Source: Paraspadella gotoi
Taxonomy: Eukaryota; Animalia; Chaetognatha
DNA length: 64,000 nucleotides
Direction of reading: 5' to 3'
Assembly: GCA_051294375.1 (NCBI GenBank)
Contig: CM119268.1
Span: 14,648,977-14,712,976 of the forward strand
Part shown: positions 62,806 through 64,000 of the stretch, piece by piece
Layout of the letters: each line of letters begins with the position of its first letter
Numbering within the stretch: the stretch's first letter is position 1
Translations under genes and position numbers: made by a program
Notes under the pieces: generated by a model
Database searches by the model: none
Told to the model about the DNA's origin: nothing
The model's input: the letters and a program-made list of their open reading frames with translations, nothing else

Positions 62806-64000
62806 TTCTTTCCCCCCGGTTTCGCTCCCTTAACTCTCGGGACCCCGGCTCGGCCATTCCAACGGGGATTATCTCTTCCTACACTTTTTTCCGCTGTAAT
62901 ATTTATTTTTTTAAATTTTACAAAAAGAAGAGAGAGAGAGAGAGAAAGAGAAGGAAATTTAGAGAAAAAAAAGAGAGATAGCCTCCGGCCTCCGGCGACG
63001 CTGAAAGAGCCAAGGGTTAAACTTTGAACCAAAAAAATAGTTTTAAATTCATTTTTTTAAACACGATTAATTCATATTCTGTTTCATGTGCTTAAGAATT
63101 TTTAAGTCGGAAATTTTGAATTGTTTTCGTGACAAAATTGTCTTTCTCTTTTTCCATCACTCGAACTTCCTTTCTCTCTCCTTTCGTCATTTCCACTAAA
63201 AAACCTTATCGGGAAATCTGATAAGTCTCTCTCTCTCTCTCTCNNNNNNNNNNNNNNNNNNNNNNNNNNNNNNNNNNNNNNNNNNNNNNNNNNNNNNNNN
63301 NNNNNNNNNNNNNNNNNNNNNNNNNNNNNNNNNNNNNNNNNNNNNNNNNNNNNNNNNNNNNNNNNNNNNNNNNNNNNNNNNNNNNNNNNNNNNNNNNNNN
63401 NNNNNNNNNNNNNNNNNNNNNNNNNNNNNNNNNNNNNNNNNNNNNNNNNNNNNNNNNNNNNNNNNNNNNNNNNNNNNNNNNNNNNNNNNNNNNNNNNNNN
63501 NNNNNNNNNNNNNNNNNNNNNNNNNNNNNNNNNNNNNNNNNNNNTTTTCCTCTTATCTAGTAACTTTTGTGCTTTCCCTTGCTTCTCTTTTCCTTCCCTA
63601 GTTTCTCTCTCCTATCTTCTTTTCTCCTCCACTTTCCTATCTCCCTCGTTCATCCCATTTCCTATCTTCCCCTCGCTCCTCCCTCTCCCTCCCCCTATCA
63701 TTCTTTCTCGGAGCGAGGAACGGCATCTCCGGAGGGCCACCCTTTAGCGTCGCCAGTCGCCGGCCAATCACTCGTCTTCGTCGTCGTCGTCGTCGTCGTC
63801 GTTAGGCCGGCTTCCCCCCTCCAGTTCTCCCTCCCTCTCTGCCGAGCTCTTCGCTTGTCTGTCTCAGGCTCCTTCTCCTTTCACTTTCTCTTTCTCTCTC
63901 TAACTTGCCTCGTCTCTCTCTCCCTCTTTCTCCCTCTCAATTGGTGGCCGCGAAGGAGAGAGCGAGAGATTCCCCTTCTCGACCTCTCTATCCTTTCTAA

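Noticed and set aside
33088-63032. Many long ORFs rich in F/S/L, R/E/K or X
   Set aside because: They arise from microsatellites, purine/pyrimidine tracts and N gaps that lack stop codons; no domain motifs
1-64000. CRISPR arrays, rRNA, intact tRNA or prokaryotic systems
   Set aside because: No repeat-spacer arrays or rRNA/tRNA-quality matches were seen; the window is spliceosomal-intron-containing animal DNA

Overview
Intron-rich animal (probably invertebrate) genomic DNA from a gapped draft assembly. The 25-N gaps and indel-rich segments suggest patching with noisy long reads. (1) The minus strand carries the 5' part of a laminin alpha gene of the alpha3B/alpha5 (LanA) class. 25 coding exons could be traced from the ATG at 25263 down to 606, covering signal peptide, LN domain, LE repeats and domain IVb; the gene runs off the left edge. 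(2) A complete 8-exon mitochondrial-clan cytochrome P450 (CYP27/CYP24/CYP11-like, 536 aa, 1313-4348, plus strand) is nested antisense in laminin intron 736-4505. (3) Divergently oriented on the plus strand are three exons of a SAND-domain SAMD11-like gene (38954-39113, 49249-49336, 49761-49869); no later exons were recognised. Other content: a decayed LINE fragment, two tRNA-SINE-like inserts, a dispersed repeat, a 234-bp structured insertion present in only one of two duplicate copies, and many microsatellites. Two tandem duplications (7177-11343 and about 30058-49060) look like assembly artefacts. The best leads are the nested P450, direct repeats at several intron junctions, and the polymorphic insertion. 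I found no clearly new biological system.
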